From positions 62,001 through 126,000 of the forward strand of contig JALMLS010000253.1 in NCBI GenBank assembly GCA_038496445.1: a stretch of DNA of 64,000 bases. The letters are read 5' to 3'. The notes below the pieces were generated by a model. The model made no database searches. It saw only the letters and a program-made list of their open reading frames with translations, and was not told the DNA's origin. The position numbers and the translations under genes are program-made. Below are positions 35,767 through 49,000 of this stretch, piece after piece. The stretch comes from Trichosphaerium sp. ATCC 40318. Its lineage: Eukaryota > Protista > Tubulinea. How positions within the stretch are numbered: the stretch's first letter is position 1; the number at the start of each line of letters is the position of its first letter.

Positions 35767-37559
35767 ATGGCCAAAATACTATTTTTCGCTGCGCTATGTA
35801 TTGCTACTACTATTAACGCACTGTGCGTATCTCCAGACCTAAGTTTCTCAAGTTGGTGGAGGTTTGAGTCGATTGTAAACAATACATTTGACACAATAGA
35901 TTCACGCATTGGTACCATTACAGGGGTTCCTGGTGCTGACTTTTCTCAAGCAGAAGTACGGAACTTCTCTTATTTTATTTTCTTTCAGATTGGCTTAAAT
36001 ACCTCCGTAAGGGTCGTGTCGGTAGTGGATTACGATTGGGCGGTACCTCTTCGATAGTAGCTGAGAATGATGGCATATTTAGCGCAGATCAAGGTATTGA
36101 AATTAGCAACAACTTATAACACCAATCCGCCTCACAGGAAGCTTCAGTGTTGAGATGTGGGTATATGTAGAACCTCCAGGAAGACAACAGTATCTTATTC
36201 ATCACGAATCTGACAAATCAGGCTTCAGCTTATATCTCCTTGACACCAATGAATTGGTATTAGGTGCTTTTTTTTGTATGTGCCTAGCAAGAATACTAAT
36301 GACAGCTTTACTTACGCTCTACTCAGATAATCAGGCTCCATTTAGTGCCAGTATTATTCCGTTAAATACTAGCACTTGGAGTCACGTGGGCGTCTCCTTT
36401 GATTGGTATTTTCTTCGTTCTTTTAGTGTAAACTAATTATCATACTTTATAGGAACAAAAGCACTAATCGAGGAGAATACTTTGGGTACTTGAGTGCGAC
36501 CACAAGTTAATAGTCGGAACTTAATCTTATGTATAGATGGCATTGAGTATAGGGTAGCTTCATCTAGCGGTATTCGAATTATAACAAACAGCAGTACAAT
36601 GTTCTTTCTTGGTTCCAATAATAAAGCCGAAGAACGATTCAATGGTACCATGGATGAGGTATTGCTGAATGTCTTTATACTCATATAATAGGTTTGTCTA
36701 GGTTACTTTTTATAAAGGTATTGCACTAAACGAGACACAAATGCAAGAGATCTATAGCGCAGGTGAGAAGACAGTTAACAACACTTAATTTGACTATTTG
36801 TTGAGGAGTAAACGGAAAGTGCTTACCAACCTCACCTCCAACTGAAACACCAACAACGAATCCTGATGAGCCAAGTACGGAACCAATTACAACTACAGAT
36901 GTACCAACTATACCAGAAGTGCCTACAGAGCAAGGCACGTGGTAGCTAGAGACTATCATCTTTCCTGATATTGGTAGTGTGCAATGGCGACAAGCTTCTA
37001 GGTGCTGAGTGTAACAATACTGATGGTGTTTGGGTTGTCGATAAGGATATTGTGATTCAGTCTACAACGAATATTCGTATTGATAGTTCAATTATATTTC
37101 AAGGTAATCAATCACATTTTTGACTTTTGCACATGATTAATCAAATAAATCAAAGGCAACGTAAATGTGGCGGATACTATAACATTCCTCATTTCTTCAA
37201 TGGTAACGCTCGTATTTCAAAAATGTCCAACTTTCAATGACACCCTCAACATCATCGTCACAGAAGTATCTGAATCCGTTCATACACTCCTCACAATTCC
37301 ATCGAATTGTGATGTAACGATCATTGAACAAACAACAGTGACAACTGATGTTGAAGATGAATGTAATGACTTTTCGCGTATAGAAACAAAAACAAAGCTG
37401 TCTATACTGTGGTCAGTCAATGATGGATGTAATGATAGCGGTCTGAGCGGTGGTGTTATTGCTGGTATTGCTGTTGCTGTTGTTTTTATTGTTGTGGCTA
37501 TAACTGCAAGTTTAATATACTTTCTTACATTCCACAAGAAGAGATCCTTTGTCATTTAA
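35767..37559 (+). CDS. Type I membrane protein with LamG/concanavalin-A-like domain
   Basis: Signal peptide; SWWRFE, FSVEMWV, TWSHVGVSFD, FNGTMDEV and EIYSAGVNGKC motifs; Pro/Thr stalk; TM GVIAGIAVAVVFIVVAITASLIYFL. Confidence 0.85.
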
Positions 37560-38157
37560 CCACTTAAAATAAACCTCAATTGTATTAATAACAATACTTA
37601 TGGCAGCAATAAATTCTCCTTTTTGCTAAACATAAATAGCATTACGCTCAACAATGGTCTAAGGTCTGTCAGTGATACTTATTTCGTGTTGAGAAGTCGC
37701 GTGTCAAAGCACTTTCTCGTGCATGTGACATACAATCTAAACTACCTTATGATAGCGTGCAGGAATACCTTTTTCGCTCTTTGCTGTAATTGGGTATTGT
37801 GCGAAATGATAGGATTTTTAGCTATAATTTTTTCAAATAGTACACAAACGCAACAAAAACACCTTGGATGCAAACAAGGTTTGGTGGAGAGGAATGTAAA
37901 TTCAATGTCAGCCAACTGTAACGTGGCCTAGAAAATTCAAGTTCTACTAGGCTGCTCAATCTTCTTAACTTTTGCATTGTTTGCGAAGAGGAAGACTACA
38001 AAGTCTAGTGACTCTAGTACAGCCGTTGATGTTGTTTACCAGCTAAAAATCGCCGTTAACACTGAAATTGAACATAAGATGTGACCCAAGCGCCGCTATG
38101 CACATGTATGTTCTGTAATTGTGTTTTTTGTAATGCTAGGTTTTCTTGACGCGATGC

Positions 38158-38456
38158 ATGTGTATTCAAAGAATGAAGAGCATGGCATACGATATTGTTA
38201 AACAAGCAATAGTTGGTTGTTCACGTTTAAAGTTCAATACACGAGAATACTGTAACGAAATTGTCGCGTGCTCAATAGTTTATGAAGTTTATCATCTCAC
38301 TATGTAACACTATGAGTTTAAGGTATATCTATCGCTTGAATCATAGTTTGAGAATTCCAGTGACATGGACCGCTATTCCTTCAAAACGCACTGTATTGCT
38401 ATTCTTGTCTTTCTGTTCGTAAACAGTGTTGCATCTCAAATCAGTATAGAGGCACG
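38158..38456. repeat. Inverted repeat copy 2 (partner of 23875-24173)
   Basis: Reverse complement of the paralog A promoter and first exon. Confidence 0.9.
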
Positions 38457-39344
38457 TGTTTCTGTTTGATTTTCAAAACACATCCATTAATTATCGTGTT
38501 TGGTTTGGACCAACTTCTCGCTAGGTTTACGCAAACCTTTTCTGTTCCGGCGAACCGTTTAAAAAAATCGAACCTACCTACAACACGTGCTATGATGAAC
38601 TTAGTGCTGTACTTAATAGTAACATTTCAGGTATAAAATACACTAACTGCCTAAGCAATTCATTGGTATGCTGTTCTTTAGTTACGCTGTGAGCTTAATA
38701 ATATTTAGCTCATCTACCGTGTATATAAGGACAAAGACAAATGTCAAGATTTCTTAGCAGAGAGAGAGCTATTTGCAGATTCACAGTGCAGAATAGAATC
38801 ACCATTTTCATACAAAGTCAAATGCACATCCAATCCAGTACGTTGCGCTGTGGTGTTCCTTTGAAACAATATAAACCGTATTCTACTTTAGTCACCACCT
38901 CCGCCGTTGTCAATATTTTCTTTGGGATACTTAAACCCAGATTGCAGTGGTCAGTTCACATACTCAGCAAACTATACTAACAGAGAGTGCTTCATTGATG
39001 ATGATGGAAACTCTTATTCTTTCGATTGTGAAGAGGTACCGTGCGAAGTTGGTTTTCTGTTTAGCTAACTGCAAGTGTAGGGTAGATTGAGACGGAACCT
39101 GTACGACGATGGCTGCGGAAGCTCTAGAAATTCAAGGACGACTATTCAGACAGTTGGCTGCCAGGTGAACGATGCACTGGGAATATCCAAGCAGCTTGTA
39201 TGTTCCGAACAATCTACCTATAACCCTTCACCAACTCCGTCTTCAACAAAGCGATCCTCTGCATCTAAGAAAAGGGCTTCTATTACTTTTTCTCACACTT
39301 TATTATACGCAATCGCTCCATTGTACAAGCTGTTAACATGGTAA
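38365..39344 (+). CDS. Cys-rich secreted, probably GPI-anchored surface protein (paralog B)
   Basis: MDRYSFKTHCIAILVFLFVNSVASQISIE... ending HTLLYAIAPLYKLLTW*. Exon layout parallels 23039-23966. Confidence 0.75.
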
Positions 39345-39624
39345 CAAGTTGTGTGATCAATAAATTGTTAATTTGTTTAACAGATTTATGTTTATCTTAT
39401 TGTCTGGTTCATGCATGTGATATGCTCGGTAAACTATAGTTTACGACTTTTTTAGTGACAGCCAAAAGCACGTGGAGAATTGGCATAAAAGCCAAGTACG
39501 ATAGGGTTGATTGTGACGAACTTTGATTGAAGATGAAGTGTGAAATAAGTTAGTTATGCTCGATTTAATTGTTTATTATGTTTGTACATTGGTTTTGTAT
39601 ATTTACATTGGTTATCCAGGCATT

Positions 39625-41516
39625 TCAAGGCTTTGACAGAGATTTCATCATGTGACAAAGACCGACCACTAACTCACTTGAAGTGGAATCAACAGTTATT
39701 CCTCCAACCTTAAAACAAGATATCCTCAATTCTCCATTTCTATACCATTCCTTGTAAGTCCCAGTCTCTTTTCCGTTATATTTTGAAGCTACTCTATGTA
39801 CATTTCCGTTATCAAACCACTCTGTTGTTAATCCATGTTCATGACCTTTCTTCATATAACATTCAAGCTTTTTTTTACCATCCTCGTACCACTCTTTATA
39901 CTCTCCATCAAAAAGGTTATCATAACAGTGTGTATCAATCATGATCTGTCCATTTTTATGGTACTTTTTATAACGTCCATTGTGCTTGTCATTTGACATT
40001 TTGGTTGAGTCAACTTTGATATTACCATTCTTGTACCACTGTCTGTATTTTCCTCTGTATTTACCACGTTTCTTTGTGTACTCATACTTTAACTGTCCGT
40101 TGTCATGCCACTCTTTATACAGTCCGTTATGAACACCTTTTATCAATGAACATTGACAACAAAGTTGTCCGTTATCATGCCATTCTTCATAGAAACCATC
40201 ATTCAGTCCATCAATCTGAAAACAGCGTTTTGACATTACACCATTTGAATAGTACTCCAGATAAGTTCCATTGGTCTTATCATTTCTTTTTGTTGTATCT
40301 TCATTTAACTGTCCATTATCGTAATATGATTTAAACTCTCCTTCTTGGATACCATCCTTCATATAACAGTCAAAATGAAGTACTCCATTTTCGTAGTATT
40401 CAAGATAATGTCCATTCGTCTTATTTTCTTTCTTTGTTGTATCTATCTTTATTTGATCCCCTTCTTTGTAGTATTCTTTAAAATAACCATTCTCTTTACC
40501 CTCACGCATCATACAGTCGAAATGGAGGTGTCCGTTATCATGAAACTGTAAATACTTTCCATCTTCTTTACCGTCTTTTGTCTCGTACTTGAAATGTACT
40601 TTTCCATTTTCAAACCATTCAATGTACTCTCCGCTTGTTTCACCTTTTTTCATAAACGCCTTTATCTTAGGTTGGCCACAGTCATACCACTCTAAGTAAA
40701 GACCGTGCATTTTACCATGCTTCATGTAACACAAGATTTTTTTTCTTCCATTTTCATGCCAATGTCTTCCAATACCTTCAGAAAAACAGTTAGACGGTGA
40801 TAATACAATAGTTAAGAAGCACGTGAAAATAGATATTAGTCAAAAAACTGATGATACTGCCAACCACTGACATACGACACAACGCTAATAGCGCCGTATC
40901 GTATGCTGTGCATGAAAAGTGAAAAACGGACTTTTTTTGGCTGATCTTTGAGAAGAAAACGCTTTTTTTAGGCTTTAAAAGCTTTGGGAGTAAAAATGAA
41001 TGGTGTCTTACCTTGCTCTCTTTGTTTGCGCATAGTATAAACCGATAACAGTTGACCGTTCTTGTAATACTCGTAGAACTCGTCTTCTTGTAGGTTATCC
41101 TTCATAAACCACTTGTACTCTAGTTCGCCTGTTTTGTACCAGTTTCTAACGACTCCTTCTGCGGACCCGTTAACATAGTAACGAATACCGCGTAGTTGGC
41201 CGTTTTTATGCCATCTACGCCATTCGCCGTGTTTTTCCAAGCGATTATTAAAGTGGGTTTTTACAGCGGCTGTTTTACATAGCGTGTGCCTATTAACGTG
41301 TGACTACTGCGTTTAGGGTGCATAGTTTCAATGACATACCATTTGGTGAATATCTCAGCGTCAAATGAGCTTATAACCCTTTGTACATCTTGAGGTAAGT
41401 CCATTAATGCTGTTAATTGCGAAATACAAGGTACTATATCATATGAGTTATGTACTTTGAAATAAAAGTAATTTTCAAAAAAAAAAAAAAAATCGAATCG
41501 TACACTCTTTGCACAT
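39625..41516 (-). CDS. MORN-variant (YwqK-like) repeat protein with degenerate N-terminal F-box-like segment
   Basis: Many ~24-aa repeats of the form G.Y.EW(Y/H)(D/E)NGQL. The spliced N-terminus reads MCKELHNSYDIVPCISQLTALMDLPQDVQRVISSFDAEIFTKWHTLCK. Confidence 0.85.
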
Positions 41517-42358
41517 TTTGTAACTGTTGTTCTTGTATGATAGCAGTTTGCTGTTGTTATTTGTATGATGGGATGTTATAAATGTTGTAATTTAGTGTTT
41601 TGACTACCAAGCAACACTTACAAGAACCAGAAAACACAGAGTTTTTTTGCCTTTTCGCATAATAGAAATAAATTTGATAACTGCGTTCTTGTTTCTTTGA
41701 ATTGGATCAATCTTGCAGAGCAAGGAAGAAAAAAATAGGATGGATAAACAATAAAAGCTAGTACATGAAAATGTACTAAAACAGAAAACTCCGCTCGATT
41801 GCCTAAATTAGTAACAATGTCGCAGGAGCTATTTGTTTAAAAGTGCTATTGAAGCTTCTTTCTTCAACTCTCTGGCGTGGTTGCAAGTAGCCATTAGTTC
41901 TTAAAATCAAGTGAAGTACAAGCACTTGAGAACACATAAAACTCCACAAAATATCAACTTTATTTTATGCACACAGTTCGCTCTTTTACAAATCAGTGAA
42001 TAAGGAATACAAAGTACAAAGTACTTGAAGATATAAAACACAATTATGCTTGTATGATCAAGTAATTACGTAGTAAACAAATGAAAAAAAAAACTACAAA
42101 AAACAGAAACTTTTCGTTAATTATTTTAGTATTATGGTTAGAAATTGTAACCGTAAGTATAAGAAAGTCTAGCTTTACAGCTACACCAAAAGGCGGTGAA
42201 GACCACTTTCCTACATAAGTATAAGTAATCCTTGTATATCCTCCTTTTACGTCAGCGTGTAGCGCTAGCCCTAACACAAAATAGGTGAAGAGTTGAAAAA
42301 AAGTAGTCAGGCGCGTTACAACAACGTGGACCGTTTGTGGACTCATAACCGATATCTC

Positions 42359-45300
42359 ATGCATCCTTTAATTGTTCTTTTAATACTGGCAATGTGTACT
42401 TGTGCTTTTTCACTCTAATGTCAATTAGATCACTTGGTATAATTTGAGTACAGAATTGACTTTAAATAAGTTCTCGTATAGATTACCATAAGACAAAAAG
42501 GATGCTATACCACATGTTGACTTGGTAGTACACTACAGTTACAAACCTTTAGCAATTTACCTCAAAATTTCTTTTTGAATGGGGTACTTGCAGGATTCTG
42601 TATCTCGTTGAAACGTAGTCATAAAATGAGGTAATGAGATTGAATTACAAACCTTAAGAAAGTCAAAATACTCTTGAATGAGTACTCCTGAAATTTGCTT
42701 TTATACCCTTCAGTTATTTGTACTTCCCTATAATAGCGATGCTACATGTACTTCTGTAGAGTTGAGTCATGGGAAGTGACAACAATACCCGAAATTACCT
42801 GACAACCCAATACCCATGGGTATTAAAAGACTTTCTCTGAATAAAGTTAAGCGGGGTTTTTTTAAAGCCGGAGTTTGACTTGACGTAGCAACACTGACTT
42901 CCCAATCAAATCAAAGTTGCAGCAGATGCACCTTCACGTCGTGGTAATATCAACAGTGTTGCTTTCAAGCGCCTACGCTCAAATTGGTACAACTGCAAAC
43001 CGAAGTTCTTCACTGTTGTCTTTTTCTCGCCTAACGCTCACATAGTCAACGGAGATACTGGGAGATGCTTCTGGAGAAATAAAATGGATGATTTCCCTAT
43101 TCTCGCAAATGATTCAGATGTCTCGGGGCCAAGCTTACCCGGCTTCGTTGTAGGAGGAGGCAGCGACTATGTAATAACCAAAACGCCAGAATCGGCGGTA
43201 GTTACGCTAAGTATACTACCAGGCATTTTCTCGCTTGTAGTAGATGTAGGCGTTGGTGGTGGTATTTTGATGCCACCAAGCGCAATCAGCTGCAATTTTA
43301 CTACTGGAAACGTTCAAGGTAAGTCCTTTTTTTTTTTTGTTTTTGCAAGTTGTTTTTCGATCCATCACTTCCTCGCATTCAACCTATGAATATAGTATTA
43401 ACACGCTCTAGTATTTGAACTACAAAATCAGAACTATCCCCTCCCATTAGCAAACTTTACGTTCTCACCATCCTCGTTTTCGTATGAAACTTTTTTCATG
43501 ACTTCACAAGAAATCCACATGTGAAACAATTTGTATTTTGTCGAGTTGCTAATGCGCTTTTAGGTTTGATTTACCTGAGCAAAACCTAACTGGGGCATTC
43601 TTATATAATGCTACATTTAAAACTTCAAGTAGCGGACCGCCTGTAGCTCCTTTTAATATGCCAACATTTCCTGTCTATGTTTCTGAAGTGATGACAAAAC
43701 CATCAGCTTCGAAAGGGCAGTACATTGAGATTTTTAATGGAGCTCTTGATAAGACATTCTCACCTGATGGATGTGTACTTGAATATACATCAGATATGGG
43801 ACCTCAGTCTGTATCGATAACTGCAACAACAGTTATGAATGTTGGAGATTTCTTTGTTCTTGGAAATTCAGATGATTCTGCAACGAATGGTGGGATTACT
43901 GTGGACTTTGTTTATTCACAACCTATTGTATTTGATCAACAAGGACATGGTAGTTTTAATATAACTTGCTCTGGACCTCAAATAGTTGATATAAGAATGA
44001 ATATCGATTCTTCTTTTCCAACTCCTGTAATGGGCACGTGAAAGAAATTTTTGATTTGATTTTTTTCTTTCTTTTACTCACTTGCTTTTTTAATACGTCG
44101 TCACTTGTTCGTATTCAAATCATTACGTTATATACATTACATACTTAATCCGTCAATTTGGTTTCTCTTGATTGGCTCATAAAATAGCTGTTACGACTTT
44201 GTCGTTCCTATTTTCTTCTGTTTATTTTTTTTCTACACCCTTGTGGTTTTACTTTATTGATTGCCATAGGCACTTCAATTCAATATGATGGTGAGTTCTT
44301 GAACTCTATGTCTCCTCCAGAATACGAAATGGGAACAGCTTGGTGTAAAAGCTTTATCCAGCAGACAAATATATTTGGTACTCCGGGTGCTACAAACGGA
44401 TTTTGTTCAGCTGCACCCACTGCTGGAGTAATTCCAACAACAATGGCCCCTACTGTGATAGAAACAATTGCTCCTACTGTAGCCCCTACTGTAGCACCAA
44501 TACCGAATGTACATGAAAACTTATGACAAGAAAACGTTTAAACCAAAAAAAGTCAAACTAAACATGTTGCTAGATTACCCCAAGGGTCGATTGTGTCATG
44601 GGAACACTTGACCCGAACAAGTTTGTAGCGATCCTAGGATGGAGTACTGAGGTATAATACGCCACTTAGTGTTCCTATTGTATTAATGTATGCACTATAG
44701 GGTGTATTCAACATCCCTATTGGCGAAAACAATATGCTTTCTCGCACCATTGGAAACCCCTCAGACCAACCTACTTTCTTTAACAGTAATCCTCCTTTCT
44801 TTCCTGCTACGGGACAATTCCGTGCAGAATTCGATGGGCAAGAAACTAGTTGGACACTTGGAAGAGGTATAGTTACATTCATTGGAAACGATCCAGCAAC
44901 AACGTGTATCGATGATGGTGCGTTATTAATTTTCTCAAAAAATTCTCAGTTTTTGTTTTCTTATTCATAAAAAAAAGACTTTCACAAGCTTCATAAACTC
45001 TGTATATCCTGTTCTATTTGTTATGGTAGAGTTGAATGATAAAGTTTTTGGAAACGGAGAACGTTGTGTTGAAGAAATGTTGATTTTTCTTCTTGGCATA
45101 GCTGTTTGCTGATTTTGTTATTTAGAAGTTACCATAGACGCACAAACAGATCAACTTGTCAGTAGCATGACTGTACTAACACAGATTGGTAATTTTATAG
45201 CTACAGAAGCTGGTTTTTTAATAAGTGATGTTAATTCTGTTACGCAAAGAACAACGAAAAAACGTCAAGCATCAACAACTGTCAGTGTTTTTATTGCAAC

Positions 45301-45824
45301 AACAAGTATGTTTAAACTTTATTTTTTTGTTGTGTGTAACATTACTGCCTGTTGTATGGCGTCAAGTTAAAACACCTATTCTACTCCCTCCCCTTTTATA
45401 TGTGTAGTACACCTTGAAAACCAAAAGAGGTGACATGCTAGCATTAAAAAGATGAAACCCCAACACTTCAACAACCCTAATATTTCGTTCTAATCAACTT
45501 ACTTATTCTTTTTTTAGGACCTACTGTTAATGTTAACGCTGTAGTCCAGAATTACCTCTCTAATAGTACTAGAGTACAAAACACTATACAAGGTCTTGGT
45601 AGTCTAGGTGTTACTGCATCCGTACGATTTTTTTTTTAAGTTTAAAGGAATAGGTTTTATTAACGATTTTATGTTAGACAATAACAACTGCTCCACCATC
45701 TACTCTTCAAAACGCTCAAATAAGACCTACAACATCAGCACCAAGCAGTTCTACAAGAAGTATTAGTAGTAGTGTAATGTATATTACATGTACTTGCTTG
45801 ATTATTTTGTCTCTTCTCGTTTGA
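42359..45824 (+). CDS. Secreted/GPI-anchored protein with bacterial-type lamin-tail domain (LTD)
   Basis: VYVSEVMTKP..GQYIEIFNG..GDFFVLG..NGGITVDFVY..AWC..GTPGATN is an LTD. It is followed by an APT stalk, a second module (RVDCV..IPIGENN..DQPTFF..FDG..SWTLG) and the hydrophobic C-terminus YITCTCLIILSLLV*. The 5' exons and start codon are uncertain. Confidence 0.7.
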
Positions 45825-46073
45825 TAAAGACACTTTTTTTGCAACAGATGTAAAACTGTTTAATAAAAACTTAAGACATTCTTATTGCCTTTAAGCGCAG
45901 TATCACACTGCAATATAAAAAATAGTTACGGCATAATGTAGAAAAACAAGTAGTTGTAGGGTGAAGTGAAGTACCATTGTTTTTTTTTGCTTGCTTTTTT
46001 TTTTCACGTGTTGTCTTTTTTAATAACGTTTCATATATTTATTTTTCAGTACAACATGCTCCCCACACAAAAT

Positions 46074-49000
46074 TCAAGCGTAGTAATGATTAAAATCAAG
46101 AGCACAGGATAAAAAGTGTAAATGTGAATCATTTGTTCCTTTACCTTTCAATAAAGTAGCAAAAATATCCAATAAAAACTTACATCCAGCATGGAATTGA
46201 TTATTCATTTGCTTTAAACCATTCTTCAAAATTTTATTCAAATCGTTTGTCTTCAAAGCAGAACAAAACATAAAGATAACCTACCAAAGAAGTCAATGAA
46301 AAAAAAAAAAAATGGGTCATAAAAAAGAAACAATTTTTTCGTCTTTGTTGTTGGTTAAATACACGTGATTCAACACGTGATTTTTAATTAAAAATATATA
46401 GAAGCGTACATCTATTATTTTATACAATTGAACCAATAGTGGCTTAGCATCACGTTGAAGAAGTGTTCTATTAAGAGCTTGAAATAAGAATTGTTGGTGT
46501 TCCAAATGAAAAGCAAAGGTCTCTTTTGCATGTCCATCAAGACTCTTAAGTAATGGTTCAAGTAATGAACCTAACTGTACATGCATATATCCATCAAAAA
46601 CATCAATAAATAAATGCATTTGGTGCCTACAATTAAGTCAGCAAAACGAACACGGTTATGTTGGATATTGGAGTTTTTCCGAAGCTTATGACAAGCGTAC
46701 CTTAATATAGCTATAGGTACTATATATTTCTTCTTTCTGTTCTTTGCAGACGATAGAAGCTTCCAACTTTCTACCAAGGCAATACGTGCTTGATCCAATC
46801 GAAGTAAAAGGCGAAAAATCTTATTATAAGTTTTGATGTTTTCGTTTGTTACCATGACCGATAGTGGAAATTGAATAGGATAGAAAACTTCAAAAGCGTC
46901 GATACCTATAGTAATAAGACATAACGAATAAGTAGGACCTCTATAAATTGAGGTAATAGTGCTTGACGGCAGTCAGAACGAGTTTAAAAAATACAAAAAA
47001 ACCATCGCTCGAATGAGCACTGTTCTTGCAATCATCGTAAAAAATTTCTTACTCTCTTGTACTGTGCTATAGGTTTTATCAGGATATACAGCCATAATAC
47101 GCAATGAGCGAATATTAAGCTCCTACAAAAGAAAAAAAGTGTAAGAAAACACGTGGTGTCAAAAAGCAAAGAGACATTAACAATTCTTTGTACCTTCATT
47201 ATATGTGTTGCAATTACACTACCCTTTACTTTACTTTCATTCTCAAAGAACTAAATAACGTTTTCATTACTAAATGGTGACTACTAGTAATAAAAACAAA
47301 CAACAAGTACCTTAACAAGACATTCCGTGAGTGTTCTTAAGAACGATCCAAAGAAAAAATTGGTTAAGGATTGGAAACTCTGTTTCAACTTAACATCCTT
47401 GCATAAAAACGAAATAGCTTCACTATTCATACGATCGCACCTTGCATAACATATTAGCAATAAATTTTATAGGAAGTAACTGAGTTTAAAGAAGATTAAG
47501 TAACAAACTGAGCCTGAAAAAAAAAAAGAGAGAACTCAAGGTTCATAAGCCAATAGGCTTTCATTATATGTTGTATAAATATAACCCAACTACGTACTGA
47601 TCACGAATTCTTTGTGCTAGACGACTTCTAATAACAAGATTAAAGGGCAACCCTGAATCTTTGTTTTGGAATTTCTCTGAATCCTCACTAAAGTCAAAAC
47701 TGGTAAGATAATAATCGAACAGAACTTTGCTTGCGTACAATGACAACGATGGTGTTTTTGGGTATGCACAAACATTGATTACCCTCTCGAATTCTCCACA
47801 TTGTGATGATGCTGTTAGTATATCACTTTGAGCCGTGGCTTTGAACGATGGAGGTGATAATGTACAAGGAGAAAAACACTTTGCAAGTTTGTCTGGTTGT
47901 CCGATGATTCTTTTGCCGTGTTAGTAGTCTTTATAATATAGAGATACAAGACGTACTGTAGGGTGTATTGAGGCTTTTTTGATTCGTTTAGTGTTAGTAT
48001 TGTTGTATCATGTGAAGGATTAGGCTTTCTGTGCTTCAGAAAATGAACTATTAATCCAGAAAGAATAATATCTCTTTTATGTCTTTCGAGGAATACTGGC
48101 ACTTCCATATCCTGTTCCCATGATGACCAGTCACCCTATAAAAGAAATATAATTAAGCGACAGTATTACTACAAACGAGTACTGAAAGAAATGGCAAATG
48201 TAGCATACCTGTGAATGAAAAACAATCTTTTCCGCATGAATCTGATGAGGAACAGAAAAATCAACATCATCGTGTCTATTACCACGGAATATCCAATCGC
48301 TCACATGTCGTAACCAAGATGAAATAGATTTATCAAATACTCGTTTAGAAATATCTATAGATGTAGGACAACAAGCTATATTATAGAGCCAAGAAAGGAC
48401 AGTAGGTCCAGAAAACGTTTCGATATTTTCTTTTTTTCCCTACAAAGAAAACGAGTTATGACTTGTTATTCGGTGTCGTGATGAACCGTACGTATCTAAC
48501 TGCTTCTGATAGGAACCTAAACTCTTCACAAACACCTTTAGTTTGAATAACAAACTGAAATAAAGATGCTCCCTTCTTTCTAAACAGGTAATGTATTAGC
48601 TAATATGCAACAATCAGGTGTGTTTAACTCTTGGTCGTACACATTGGTATCATGGATTTTAATTAGTTTTTTATGAAGGGCACCAAGTTCATTACGTAGT
48701 GTAGTACCAAACGATTGTAGTATAAGACCTCTGAGAGCACAACAGTTAGGAAAATGCAGAAATTTGTGTAAAGAATAAAATGGTTTGTATTTGTTCATGC
48801 TTACTTTCCAACAGCTGTCAGCGCCCTATACGATGCCTTAAGGCATTTTGTCCATTTTCCCATCATAATAAAATCTTTCATACAACTAGTAATAACATTT
48901 GTGCTCAATCCACGTGACCTAAATGCCTATTAGAATCATTCAAAATTAGGTAACAATCGCTTATTACCTTATATTTTGTGGCGGTGTTGATACACCCAGA

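Noticed and set aside
39625-40734. CRISPR array or DNA satellite
   Set aside because: The periodicity comes from protein-level MORN repeats with degenerate codons. There is no repeat-spacer structure and no cas genes.
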